DNA from: Neocallimastix sp. 'constans'
Taxonomy: Eukaryota
NCBI GenBank assembly: GCA_050613775.1
Contig: JBODTK010000116.1
Coordinates: 62,001-126,000 of the forward strand
DNA length: 64,000 bases
Direction of reading: 5' to 3'
Under the pieces are notes generated by a model. That model was not told the DNA's origin, ran no database searches, and saw only the letters and a list, made by a program, of their open reading frames with translations. Of this stretch, positions 1 through 12,871 are shown piece by piece. The stretch's first letter is position 1, and each line of letters opens with the position of its first letter. Both the position numbers and the translations under genes were made by a program.

Positions 1-1714
1 AAAAATATTTTATTAAATTTATTATCTATTGCTTTAGTATCAGCCAAGGCTGTAACAGATGATGTTAAACCTGAACTACCAGTATTTAGTTTAAAAAGTG
101 GATTTTATAAAGAAGAATCAGTTAAACTTAGAATAAAAACAGTAGATTCGAATGCCATTATTTACTACACTACCGATGGAAGTATTCCAAATGAAAATTC
201 TACGATCTACAAAAAACCAATTACTCTTAAAAATAAAAGTTTAGAAGAAAATGTTCTTTCTGCCTATAAACATGTCGATCCATATGAAGATTTTGTTCCA
301 CATGAAAAAATAAAGAAAGCTAATGTTATTCGTGCCATTGCTAAATATCCAAATAAGAATAATACTGTTTCTGAAGTAGTTAGCAAAACCTACTGGGTTG
401 GTATGAATAGAAAGAAGCTCTATGGAGATTTACCATTGATTTCTATTATGACAGATCCTGATAATCTTTTTGATTATGAAAAGGGTATCTATGTTATGGG
501 CAAAGACTATGATGACTGGGTTCGTGAAAATCCTAGTAATGCTGATGTTGATTTCTTCAGAAAAGTTGGTAATTATAATAGAAAAGGAAAGAGTTCTGAG
601 ATACCAGCTTTCATAGAATATTTCCCTGGAGATAAAAAACGTGAAGGCTTCACTGATAATGTAGGTATTAGAATCATGGGTGCTGTTTCTAGAACCTTTA
701 TTCAAAAGAGTTTTCGTGTTACCTATCGTGATGAATATGGTAGAAAGAATCTTAAGTATGATTTAATACCAGGAAATATGCGTTCTGATGGAAAAGGACC
801 TCTTGAAAAGTACAAGACCTTTAACATTAGAGGTGGTGGTAATGATTTTAGATTTACTATCTATAGAGATTTAATTATGCAGTCCATGATTCGTGATAGA
901 GATATTGAGTCTCAAGATATGGATTTAACTATTTTCTATCTTGATGGAGAATTCTGGGGTCTCTATATTATCACTGAAGATTACAGTGATCACTACATTG
1001 AAAACAATTATGATATTGAAAAGGATAATGTTATTATCATCAAAAAGGAAAAAGTCGAAGCTGGAGTCGATAGTGATATGGATCTTTTCAAAAAAACTAT
1101 GAATTATATTTACTCTGCTAATATGACCAATCCTGAAGACTATGCTGAAGTTAGTAAACAGTTTGATATAAACAGTTTTGCTTGGTATAGTGCTTTCCAT
1201 TTATATATTGAAAATACAGATGGTATTTTCCATGGTAATAATTGGGCAATGTGGCGTGCTAGAGAACCAGTTCCAGATGTTTTACATGGTGATGGTATTT
1301 GGCGTTTATTATTGTTTGATACTGAATCCTCTGCTGGTTATTATGGATCTGAAGAATATAATAAAACTAATGTTTTAAATAATGTTTTTGATAGTAATTC
1401 TTCTCTTAAATATAATATTGGCACAAAGTTATTAACTACCTTTATGAAGAACCCAGAATTTAAAAATTTATTTATTAATGCTATATGTGATATGAGAAAT
1501 ATTAATTTTGCCTTAGATAAAGTCATTTCTCTTCTTGAAAAAGTCGATGGAAGAGTAAGACGTGTAATGACCGATCATTTCAAACGTTTCGGTTACGAAG
1601 AATATATTGAAGAAGGCCCAGGTAATCATTATGTCAATAGTTATAATAACTTAAAGAATTGGTTTAAGGGTAGACATGGTATCTTTATGGATCATCTTGC
1701 TAAAGTATTCAATT

Positions 1715-2101
1715 TGATATAAAACAAATATGTGTAGTAACATATTTGTATATTTAATAATAATTATTAAATATTAAATTTATATCTTTTTGATAATAAT
1801 TATTTTATTTTATTTTATTTCAATATGTATTATTATAATTATAATAATTATAATACTTTAATTCATATAAAATTTATATATTTCTATATATTAGAATATA
1901 TAATTAATATATTACCTATTTCTTATAAATAGATTAGATTATTTATATTAGAAATGGGGAACTCTCTTGTAAATTTTTAGGAATTAGAATTATTATTTTT
2001 AATTGTACGAATATTATAATTTTATTAATAAAATTTACTAAACTACCATTATTTAAAACCCACTGCTTATAAATTATTGCACATAAAAGTCCCGCATATC
2101 A
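1715..2101 (+). repeat. 5' LTR
   Basis: Appears identical by eye to 4613-4999; TG...CA termini. Confidence 0.95.
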
Positions 2102-2106
2102 AAAAT

Positions 2107-2125
2107 TGGTGGAGATATCGGGGAT
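2107..2125 (+). promoter_or_regulatory. Primer-binding site complementary to the 3' end of tRNA-Ala
   Basis: TGGTGGAGATATCGGGGAT begins 5 nt after the LTR. It closely matches the reverse complement of the eukaryotic tRNA-Ala 3' end (...AUCCCCGGCAUCUCCACCA). Confidence 0.8.
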
Positions 2126-2447
2126 GTGCTGTGTAAAAAGTAATTTATAAGTAGTGGTGTTTAGTAATTTTGTTAATTAATTATATATCCGTATATATTT
2201 ACATAAATTCTCTTCAGTTAGGATTAATTAAAATATACTGTTTAGGATATAAATTTTTAATTTTTTTTATTGGTTATTTATAGTTATATTATCTTTGGTG
2301 AAGAGAAAGTTATACAATATATGTTATTTCATTCATTTTAGTATAATTTAAATAAATTGTTTTAAAATAAATAAGAATTCGGAATATTTTAATAATTATA
2401 TTAAATAATAATATATATATATAAACATTATAATTGTATATATAAAT

Positions 2448-2501
<54 letters not shown>

Positions 2502-2551
2502 AATTTAATAGATAAGTACTATTATTTTTTTTTTTAAATTAATTGCTTATA

Positions 2552-4524
2552 ATGAGGAATAATAATTTTAATTGCAATCGGGTAGATACTAGGACTCTTC
2601 CAAGAATTGGTGGATCTCGTAGAGATGCAGAAATCTGGAAGTTTAAAATTAATGATTGGTTTAAGAGGGAAGGTATTACTACCGATGAGAATAAATTTAG
2701 TTATATAATTACAGCTGTTGAAGATAACATCGTAAGGATACTTATGGAAAAAGAAAAAGAAGTAAATAGACCTCTTACTTTGGATGAATGTGTTAAATTA
2801 ATTAAAAAGAAATATTGGAGGGAGAATTTGAAGGAAGATAAACTAAGTCAATTAAAAAAAAAATTATTATAACCCCAAATGAAAATGTTTGTGATTTTAA
2901 TACTAGATTTTTGGAGCTATACGATCAATTGGATTTCAACGATAAGTCTTATATATCTGTTATTGATTATGAAAATGCTTTACGACCAAGAGGTAGAATA
3001 TATGAAATGGTTGCTATGGCTGATGTTGATAATCTGGAGGATGCCTGTAGATTAGCCGAAAAATTTGAAAGTATAATAAACAAATCTCGAGTAGGCAATG
3101 AAATATGGGGTTCTTATACTACTAATATTAAGAATAATTATAATGGTGTAATAAACTATGGCCAAATTGAAAGATCAAATTATAAAAATAATTTTTCTGA
3201 TAAATATAATAAAAATGCATCTAATATATGGATTGGAAATAATATTAGAAATCATAGGAATTTTAGGAATTATCCTATAAATATTGTGACTCAAGGAATA
3301 CAAAATAATAACTTAAATAAATATACTAAACCTAGGCAAAACACTTACAATTATTATAGATTTAGTGTAAATAACGATAATAACAGTAATTTAAATGTTA
3401 GTAATGATAATAATATATCATACCATTATAGAAATCGGAAAATTTTAAAATCAAATTTAAAAATTAGTTCATCAAATAGTTCAACAAATAATAATAAAGT
3501 AAACAGTAATAATGATAAAAATAATAGCAATATTAATAATGTTAATGAAAACATAATTAATAATAATTCAATTAATAATATCATCAATAATGGTATATCT
3601 AACTTGGATACCAATAATAATAATAATGATAATAATAATGATAATGATAATAATGATGATATTTATAATAATAAAAATAATAAAAATAAAAATAACACTT
3701 TGAATAACATAGTAAATGTGGAACAAAATAAATTATACGCGTTCAAAATGGATAATTTCAGAAAAAAAAATTATAAAATAGGAAATACCAATAATGGAAA
3801 ATTTGAAACAAATAGTAATATTATAATAACTAAAGAAGAAAATAAAAATAGTTTCGCTGGTAATACAGATATTAAGAAAAATCAAAATAATAATATGGAA
3901 ATTAATAGTATTGTAACAATAAATATTAAAACTATTGATAATAATGAAAATATTAATTCAAATAGTAAAAAGAATAAAAATAATAATGATATTATTGGGA
4001 TATCTGAAAATATAATTAACAAGAGAAATAGTAATAAAAATATAAAAGAAGTAATAAATATTAATGAACCTTTAAAAGTTGAAAACATTAACAATAGAAC
4101 TAATAAATCTATAACTCCTAGTTTAGTAATAGAATCAAAAGTTATTATTAATAAAAATTCAAAAATAAACAATACTCAAATTATTCCAAATAATAATAAA
4201 AATAAGCAATTTACAAATAAAGTGAATTCAGTTAATAATAATATTTATATAAAAGAAAGAAAAATTATTAACAAAAATTCTCCGATAGATGAATCTAGTA
4301 AAGTTGTTAATGTTGGTAGTGCTAAGAAAATAAAAATTAATAAAATTAAAAAGATAATTAAAATTCCAAATATTCGTATTCAAAATAACAATAAAAATAA
4401 AATAAATATTAATAAAATTTTTATGCCCAAACCTGAGATTATGTTAAAAGATATTATTATTTATAGCAACAATCGCATTGATACAAAACGAACAAATAGG
4501 AATTATAAATATAAAAGAAAATAA
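2552..4524 (+). CDS. Gag-like capsid protein with a long Asn/Lys-rich tail; frameshifted at the A10 run 2854-2863
   Basis: ATG at 2552. ORF 2543-2872 (WKFKINDWF...LDECVKLIKKKY) continues in the -1 frame as IIITPNENVCDFNTRFLELY...LEDACRLAEKFE, which resembles the retrotransposon Gag major-homology region. It lies between the LTRs. Confidence 0.7.
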
Positions 4525-4612
4525 AATTTTAAAATTATTATTTATTTTAATTAAACCTTATATTTTCTTTTATAAAAAAAATATATAGTTTAATTTTTAG
4601 CAAGGGCATTTC

Positions 4613-4999
4613 TGATATAAAACAAATATGTGTAGTAACATATTTGTATATTTAATAATAATTATTAAATATTAAATTTATATCTTTTTGATAATAATTA
4701 TTTTATTTTATTTTATTTCAATATGTATTATTATAATTATAATAATTATAATACTTTAATTCATATAAAATTTATATATTTCTATATATTAGAATATATA
4801 ATTAATATATTACCTATTTCTTATAAATAGATTAGATTATTTATATTAGAAATGGGGAACTCTCTTGTAAATTTTTAGGAATTAGAATTATTATTTTTAA
4901 TTGTACGAATATTATAATTTTATTAATAAAATTTACTAAACTACCATTATTTAAAACCCACTGCTTATAAATTATTGCACATAAAAGTCCCGCATATCA
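4613..4999 (+). repeat. 3' LTR
   Basis: Direct repeat of 1715-2101. Confidence 0.95.
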
Positions 5000-6302
5000 A
5001 ATTTTAAGTCAGCTGTTAAGGTTACTGTCACATCTGATAACTTTAGAAAAGGTAGTTTTACAGTTAATGGTGGAAAGAATGTCTTCACTAAAAAGTACAG
5101 TGGTGATTACTTTAGAGAAAATGCTCTTCAATTGACTGCTATTCCAAAGAAAGGAAAAACATTTAAATATTGGAAAGTTGAAAAATGCAAATTTGCTAAT
5201 CCAGATTTTTCTGTAAATCGTAGTAACAAAATAAAACAAGCTACTGTTGGTGTTTACCCAAGTAAAGGTTGTAAAGTTGTTGCCTACTTTAAATAAATGT
5301 GATTAATAAATTTTATCATTAGAATAAAGGGATTACTATCAAAAAAAAAATAATTCTTTTCCTTTTTATTTAAATAAATGAAGTAATAAATTACTTTAAT
5401 AATAATTATTATAAAAAATTAATTAATATTTAATATTAATATTAATTAAAAAATAAAATTACAAAAAGTACTCTATATCGATATAAAATAATAATATAAG
5501 GGAAATAATTCTTTTATTTTTGCAACGTAAATATTGATAATAATTATAATAATAAATAATAAATAATAATAATAAATAAATAATAATAATAATAATAATA
5601 ATAATTGATGAAAATAATTAATAATACTAAAAATATATATACATTATTTTTAAAATGTATCATAGTAAATTAATACTATCAAAATAAAATTTTTGTAAAA
5701 AAAAAAAAAAAAGAAAAAAAATTAATAACTAAATAAATAAAAATTATATATATTAATGAAAAGAAAACTAATATAATTCAATTATAAAAATATTAAAAAT
5801 TTTTGTTGATGAAAAATATTAATAATAATTTGTTAATGAAAAATATTAAGAATATTTTGTTGATGAAATATATATATATATATTTATCAATCAGTTAGAT
5901 ATAAATTATAAAATCATTTCTTGAAGGTTTAAAGCCTCAAAATGAATAATTTTATTTTATAAATGATTTAAGAAAAATGCTAATATTTAATATTATATAA
6001 TTGATTATAATTCAATTTATATAATATAGTATAGTAATTGAAAATAATAGAAATAATTTATGTTTTTTTTACAATTAATAAAAATATTGACATTTATATT
6101 AATAAATTTTCAAAATTCAAGAAAAAAAAAATTATAATAAAAATAAACACAAAAAAAAAAAAAATTTATTAATATATTTTGGTTAAATGAAATAAAATAA
6201 ATTATGTATAAATTATATTAATTATTTTTTTTTTTAAAAAAAATTTCTAAATTTGTTGAATTAAAAACTTTAATTATTATAATTTAATCAAAACAACAAC
6301 AA

Positions 6303-6337
<35 letters not shown>

Positions 6338-7365
6338 AAAAAGGATTGGTGTGGAAATATTCAATTGAAAATATAAATATATATGTATATATACATAATA
6401 TACATAATGATAATGTCCGTTTAATTTAATATTCAATTTAATTAAAATAAAAGATATAACAAAAATTATTGATACATAAAATTAATATATCTTTAAACTA
6501 TTTCCTTTTTCTTTCATAATTTATTATTTTTTTAAGTTATGATTTGGATTAATGATGTAATTAGTTACAACATAGGTATTTATACAAGATATATAATATA
6601 TAATACATTTATAAAGGAGTATAAAACATATGTATATTTAAAATTGTATATATCACATATATTAATCATCATAATATATCATAAATCATTATAATGAAAA
6701 CCTTTCATGATTAATATAAAAAGGTTTTCATTAAATTTGAAAAGTCTATGCTCTATATTAGGATATAATAATTGTATCATTTTATTATTGTTTATTTAAT
6801 ACATTTTTATTACATTTGGTTCATTAAAGAAATAATTTTAATATAATAAAGAAATATATGAATTAATGCTAAGAATAATTTTAATCATTTTATCTACTAT
6901 ATAATAACGTTGAATTATATATGTTTAATAATATCTTAATAGATTTTAAGATGGTCTTCATTCTCGTAATTAGAACCCTGTACAAAAATTAATCCTTTTT
7001 TTTTTCTATTTTTTTTTTTTAAAAAAAAAAATTGAAAATTTTTATACTAATACTAAGAGACATACAAGTTCACACATTAGTAAAGAAAAATTTATATAAA
7101 ATAAATAGTGTAGCTAAAATTACTTTCATCGTACATCAATCATATGTGTTTTTAGGTTCGTTAAATGGTATGGTTTTTGTACTAGTTTTGGTATAAATAG
7201 CCATTCAAATACCAATTCAATTATTGAACCTATAATTAATATATATATATATTTAAAAATATGATATTCTTTTTATAATGACTTTTTTTTATGGAGGTAA
7301 AAGGTTTGGTTAAACAATCAAACCAAAAATAAAAAAAAAAATCTGAAATTTGATACTACAAAAAG

Positions 7366-7397
<32 letters not shown>

Positions 7398-7573
7398 ATA
7401 ATAAAAAATTGATACTTTAGAAAATCTCATATTCTATAATTCAAAGACTAAATATAGTACACTTGAACTATACTATCTATTTTTAGTTTGAAAGTTATCA
7501 TAATCATAATAAAAAAATTTTTTTTTACCATAATAATTTTTTTATTTTTATTTTTCTCTATTTTTTATTTTTA

Positions 7574-7604
<31 letters not shown>

Positions 7605-9850
7605 TTATTTTTTTTAATTAATTATTTTACTAACTTTTTTATCTTATTTATTATGGAAAAATTTTAGTAAATTGTTGAGTGACTGTGGTTACAATTTTTA
7701 AGTGATTTTATATAAATAGTTGTAATTTTAAATTATATTATTCATGTGGACTCTCGAGAGGAAGTACCACTAGAAATGGGTCTTTTTGATATTTCCCATG
7801 GTGCTGGGAATGATATATTGCAAATGGATATTAAGAATGTCATATTATAATTGAATAGAAAGTTATAATTAAGTATTTGTGAAATATTTTACCTTTTTCA
7901 TTTGATTTGATTTCATATTATTTTATCTTCTAGATTTAAGGAAGTTATTTTTATGAATAAGGAGCTCTTGTCTTAAAGCGATAATGCTACTATTAAAGTT
8001 TAATTTCCAACTAATTTTTTTTTCTCTCTCTCTCCCTTTATATATATATATATATATTTATAAAATTATTATAATTCATATAAATAAATATAATATGTTT
8101 ACATTCTTGTTATATTATTATAGTAGATAAAGAAAAAATAATAAAAATGAATTGTACAGACAATATGAAATATTTAAAAAACTTCTAATAATGAAGTTTT
8201 TAAAAATTTATACAGAGATATTGAAATCAACTGTAAAACATAAATTAAACAATGAAAAAAAAAATAGAGATAAATTTATTAATAACATTTTTAAAAAAGC
8301 TATTGATAATGTTTATGACAGTTTAAGAAATTATTTAAAATTTAAGTATATTTCATATTTCATTTTAAAATTTTGAAGAAATAACAACAGAATAAAAATA
8401 AGAAAAAAATATTTAAGGAAAAAGAAAATTATGAAGTTGTTTATCAATTGTTTTTATTTTGGAAAGTTAATGGTATATGAGCAGAAAGGGATAATAGATA
8501 TGGTAAATTGATTTTGGGTTTATAAGAATAAAAGTAATGAATATATTTTAATTAAAGTTAAAATTTCTAAAGAGAGATACGATAAATACCTTTATAAAAA
8601 ATATTTAAATGATATAAAACAAATTGAAATAGAAAAATATGATCCAGTTCATAAAAGAGACGAATATACTAGTTTTATAATATACGGCATTGTCTTTCAT
8701 AGAAAATATTGTGGTGTTGAGATATAAAAACCTTCAACAGGAAATAATGATAATGAAGACTTCAATAAAAAAAATAACAGAAAAAATGTTGATAAAATTC
8801 AAAGTCTCTAAACTTAAAGTAAAAAAATAATAACAATAAAAAAAAAAAAAAAAAAAAAAAAAGATGATGAAAATGATTATGATTACAATGATAAAAAGAA
8901 TAATGAAAATGAAAATAATAAAAAAAAAAGAATTAGTAAAAATACAATTATATAAAATTAAAGATAAAAAAATAAAAAAAATATAAAAAGATGAAAATGA
9001 TGATAACAAAAAAAATATGGAGATAAAAATAAAAATATAATTTATAATACTTAAAGTGGATATAATTTAAGACATAAAAAAAAATATCAAAATTCAATAA
9101 ATGAAACTACTGTATTAATTTTAAAATAAATTAAATTATTAATAAATAAATAAACATTTATCACAATACATAAAATAACAAACAATACATAAATATGAAT
9201 TAGACAATAACTTAAGAAACCGCTCTATTAAATTTTTTAAAAAAAAAAGATGATGAATTATTAGATAAAATCATGTTTAGGATTAGGCTTTAAATTATTA
9301 TATTTTATTTAAATAAACTATTATAAATATATTTTAAAAAATGTACATGACAAGTGATGTTATACAGGAGGTAATAAAAAAAAAAAAAAAAAAAAGAGAG
9401 AGATAGAGAGATAGAATATATTGAAAAAATTATTAATATATAATCATATTTCAAATTAACCTTAATGACTATAATTCTTCCACTTTAAAAATTTTTACAA
9501 GACCTTTTAAAAAACTTTAATATTTTCATAATTAAAAATTAAATATTAAAACCAAAGATTTTTTTTGGTTTTATCGTTTTGTTTATATTATTTCAAGTTT
9601 TAAATTGACATCCTTTTTCTGTTCTATGGAAGAATTTTTCTTTTTTTTTTTAATTTTCTCACTAGCATCAATATAATTAATTATATCAAAAACATTTTTC
9701 TGCAAGTTCCGTTATTAGTTGTTATCCTTATCATTAGAATTTTAAATTTAAATTAATAAATATATCAATTAAAAATTTTATATTATTTATATAAAAGGAT
9801 TTTTTTATTACGTTTTTAATTTATTTTAATTAATTTTTTTTTTTTTTTTT

Positions 9851-9889
<39 letters not shown>

Positions 9890-12871
9890 CAAATTCACTT
9901 TGATATCAATTCATAAATCATTAATTTAATTTAAATTATAATTTACACACACAAAAAAAAAAAAAAAAAAAAAAAAAAAAGATAATAATAATAATAATAA
10001 TAATATTAATAATAATGATAGTGATAATAATAATAATAAATAACAACAACAACAACAATAATAATAATAAATAAAATAAATATTATAAAGATATAAAGAT
10101 TATTTATTGAAATAAATAGGTTTGAAATTTTAATAATCAAATAATTTATTATTTAATTATAATTTATTATTAATTTCCTTTTAAATTTTTTCATTTTTAA
10201 TACACCAAAAGATAGCTACTTTTTTAAAAAAGTACTTTCAATTGGATTATCATAAATTGGTGTTTCACCTTTGTAAAGGTGTCATTTAAATTAAAACAAT
10301 ATTCAAGTCACAATAATGTGAATACCTTCATCAAAAAAAAAAAAAAAAAAAATCTTTTTAAAATATCTTCTCCTGTTAATTCCAATAACAAATACCTGAG
10401 TATTTTATTATTAAGTACTTATTAATTGATTATTTTACTTAATAAACTTGATGAAAATCAAAAAAATGATAATATTTATTTTAAAAATTTCAGGTAGTTT
10501 TTTTTTTTAATTTCTTATAAAATAAAAATTAATAATCTAAATAATTTCTTTGAAATAATTTGAAAAGTAGATGTTATCATGAATTTCAAAAAATTACAAT
10601 AATTTACTCTAATTCTTTAAATGTAATAATTTTTTTTTTGTTTTTATTTTAAAATTAATTTAGTATAAACGAAAATAAAGTAATGAATGGAAAATAAAAA
10701 TTCTTTTTAAAAGTAAAATAAATATAAAATAAAATTTAATTTATCCATCCATTTAGTATATTGATTAGATATTTATTATTTAATTATATATAACTTTTTT
10801 TATTAATTTTTTTTTTTAATAAAAGTATTTATAAAAAAGCATTATTTAATTCATTTTAATTTATTCTATGTAACTGAATCATATGTCTTTATTTTTTATA
10901 TATATAAAAAAAGTTTATAATAATTAACTAAAAAATTAAATTTCAACACAAATTACATAATAATCTCATCTATCCTTGTATGACAAAAATGTTTCATTAA
11001 AAGTTTCAATATAGTAATCTAAAATGATTATTTTAATTTATAAATTTCATATATAATTTTAAATTTAAATAGTATTTTATTATAATTTTTTTTTTTAATA
11101 TTTAATTATTTTAATTTTTAATTTTTTTAAGTTTTATTTTATTTTTTATTTATGAAATGGATATATTTGTTTTTATTAACTTTAAATATTAACAATAAAT
11201 TAAATATAAATGATGAATAAATTAAAAGTATTTTAATTCGTTTGTTCTTAATAATCCGGAATTAGCAAAATTATTATTAAAAGAGTTACATAATATAATA
11301 AAGAAAAATGGTCAAAATAAAAAAAAAAAAAACTTAGTCATAGCAAAGTAATGGTCAATAATTATAAAATGATGATTAATAATTATGGTCAATTAAATAA
11401 AATTGAATTGGATAATTTTTAGCAACGATTTTATATAATTTAATTATATAAAATCGTTAATAGTAAAATAATTAAATATAAATAAAATTTATTATTATTC
11501 AAAATCACCAATATTTTATTTCATTGAAGAGTTTAATTAAGTTTTATTGAAATATTTTAATTTTATATTAATTATAATTTTGAAATGAATAATTAACATA
11601 AAATTATCCTATTTATATTAATGATTATTTATTTATTAATTATTAATATTTTTTATTTATTATTATTTCCCATGTTAAATAATTTTATCCATTTTTAATA
11701 ATATATTTACATTCTTTCTATTCATGGAATAATTAATCTTATTAATTATTATTTTTATTAATTATTATTTTTATTTTATTTATTTATATAATAAAAAATT
11801 TTAAAATTTTTATATGATATATATGTATATTTTTTTATAGACAAGGGAAAAAAAAATTTTTTTTTATATTATACATTTTTAGTTATTGATATAATAAAAT
11901 CTGGTAATATTTTTTTTTAAAATAATATATTTTTTTTTTAATAAATAATATTATATTTATTTATTATTTTTTTTTAAATAAATTATAATGTATTTATTTT
12001 TTTTAATATAATATTATTATATTTATTTTTTTTTTTAATAAATAATATTATATTTGTTTATTTTTTTTTAATATAAAAATATTATATTTGTTATTTTTAA
12101 TAAATAATATTATATATATATTTTTTATAATTTCTATTAATAATTTTATTTATTATTTCAGATTTTTTTTTTTTTTTGTGGTATCTTTTATTGCTTTATT
12201 ATTATCTCTTTTAACTTTTTATTTTTATATTTTCATTTAAAATAGATTTTTAATTATTGAATTTAATTATTTTTAATGAATGACATTAAATATTTTAGTA
12301 TTGTAAAATTTAATAAAATTTTAAAATATAATAAAATCTACTTTAAAATTTAATTAATTATATTTTAAATAATATAAAATAAAATTGCTTAATTGAATGT
12401 ATTATGATTTTGGGAGAATATTAATTAAAATTAATATAAGATTTTTTTTTTGAATTAAAGTTACTAAATGGGTTAAGTGGAGAGGTTGTACAGTTAGCAT
12501 TAATAATAATAATAGTAATAATAATAATAAATAATAAATAATAGTAAGATAATAAATTAATAAAAGTATTTATATAAAAAAAAATTATATAATTAAATTA
12601 AAAATAAATATATATATATGGTATTTGAACCTTACTTTTGTATTATATATTATTTCTTTTTTTTTATATATATATATTTATAAAATTATATTTACAAATT
12701 TTGTGGTCTAATAAAGTCTACTAAAATTTCCATTTTATTTATTTATTATTAAATAGATATATAAATAAATATATTTTTATTATAAGAATTGGAATAATAT
12801 AAAAAATAAAATTAAATAAAATAAAAATATAATATAATAAAAAAGAATATAGGAATAAAAAAAAAAAAAAA

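Larger units (their letters stand above)
1715..4999 (+). mobile_element. Non-autonomous (gag-only) LTR retrotransposon, 3285 bp
   Basis: Two 387-bp direct repeats with TGATAT...ATATCA ends. 4-bp TSD AATT at 1711-1714 and 5000-5003. tRNA PBS after the 5' LTR and a short purine-rich stretch (AGCAAGGG) before the 3' LTR. Gag-like ORF present; no PR/RT/IN. Confidence 0.93.
1..5296 (+). pseudogene. cotH: Secreted CotH-family kinase (signal peptide + chitobiase/Fn3-associated domain + CotH + C-terminal beta domain), disrupted by an LTR element; coding segments 1-1714 and 5004-5296
   Basis: Frame 1 is open from base 1 (KNILLNLLSIALVSAKA...LPVFSLKSGFY...IYYTTDGSIP) into ORF 403-1722. CotH motifs: GIRIMGAVSR, QKSFR, YLDGEFWGLY, DGIFHGNN, LLFDTE. 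Removing 1715-5003 restores the frame: ...AKVFNFKSAVKVTVTSDNFRKGSFTVNG...GCKVVAYFK* (TAA ends 5296). The start codon lies just outside the window. Confidence 0.88.

Noticed and set aside
403..1722. ORF 403-1722 as a complete gene
   Set aside because: The frame is open upstream to base 1, and the stop is supplied by the LTR.
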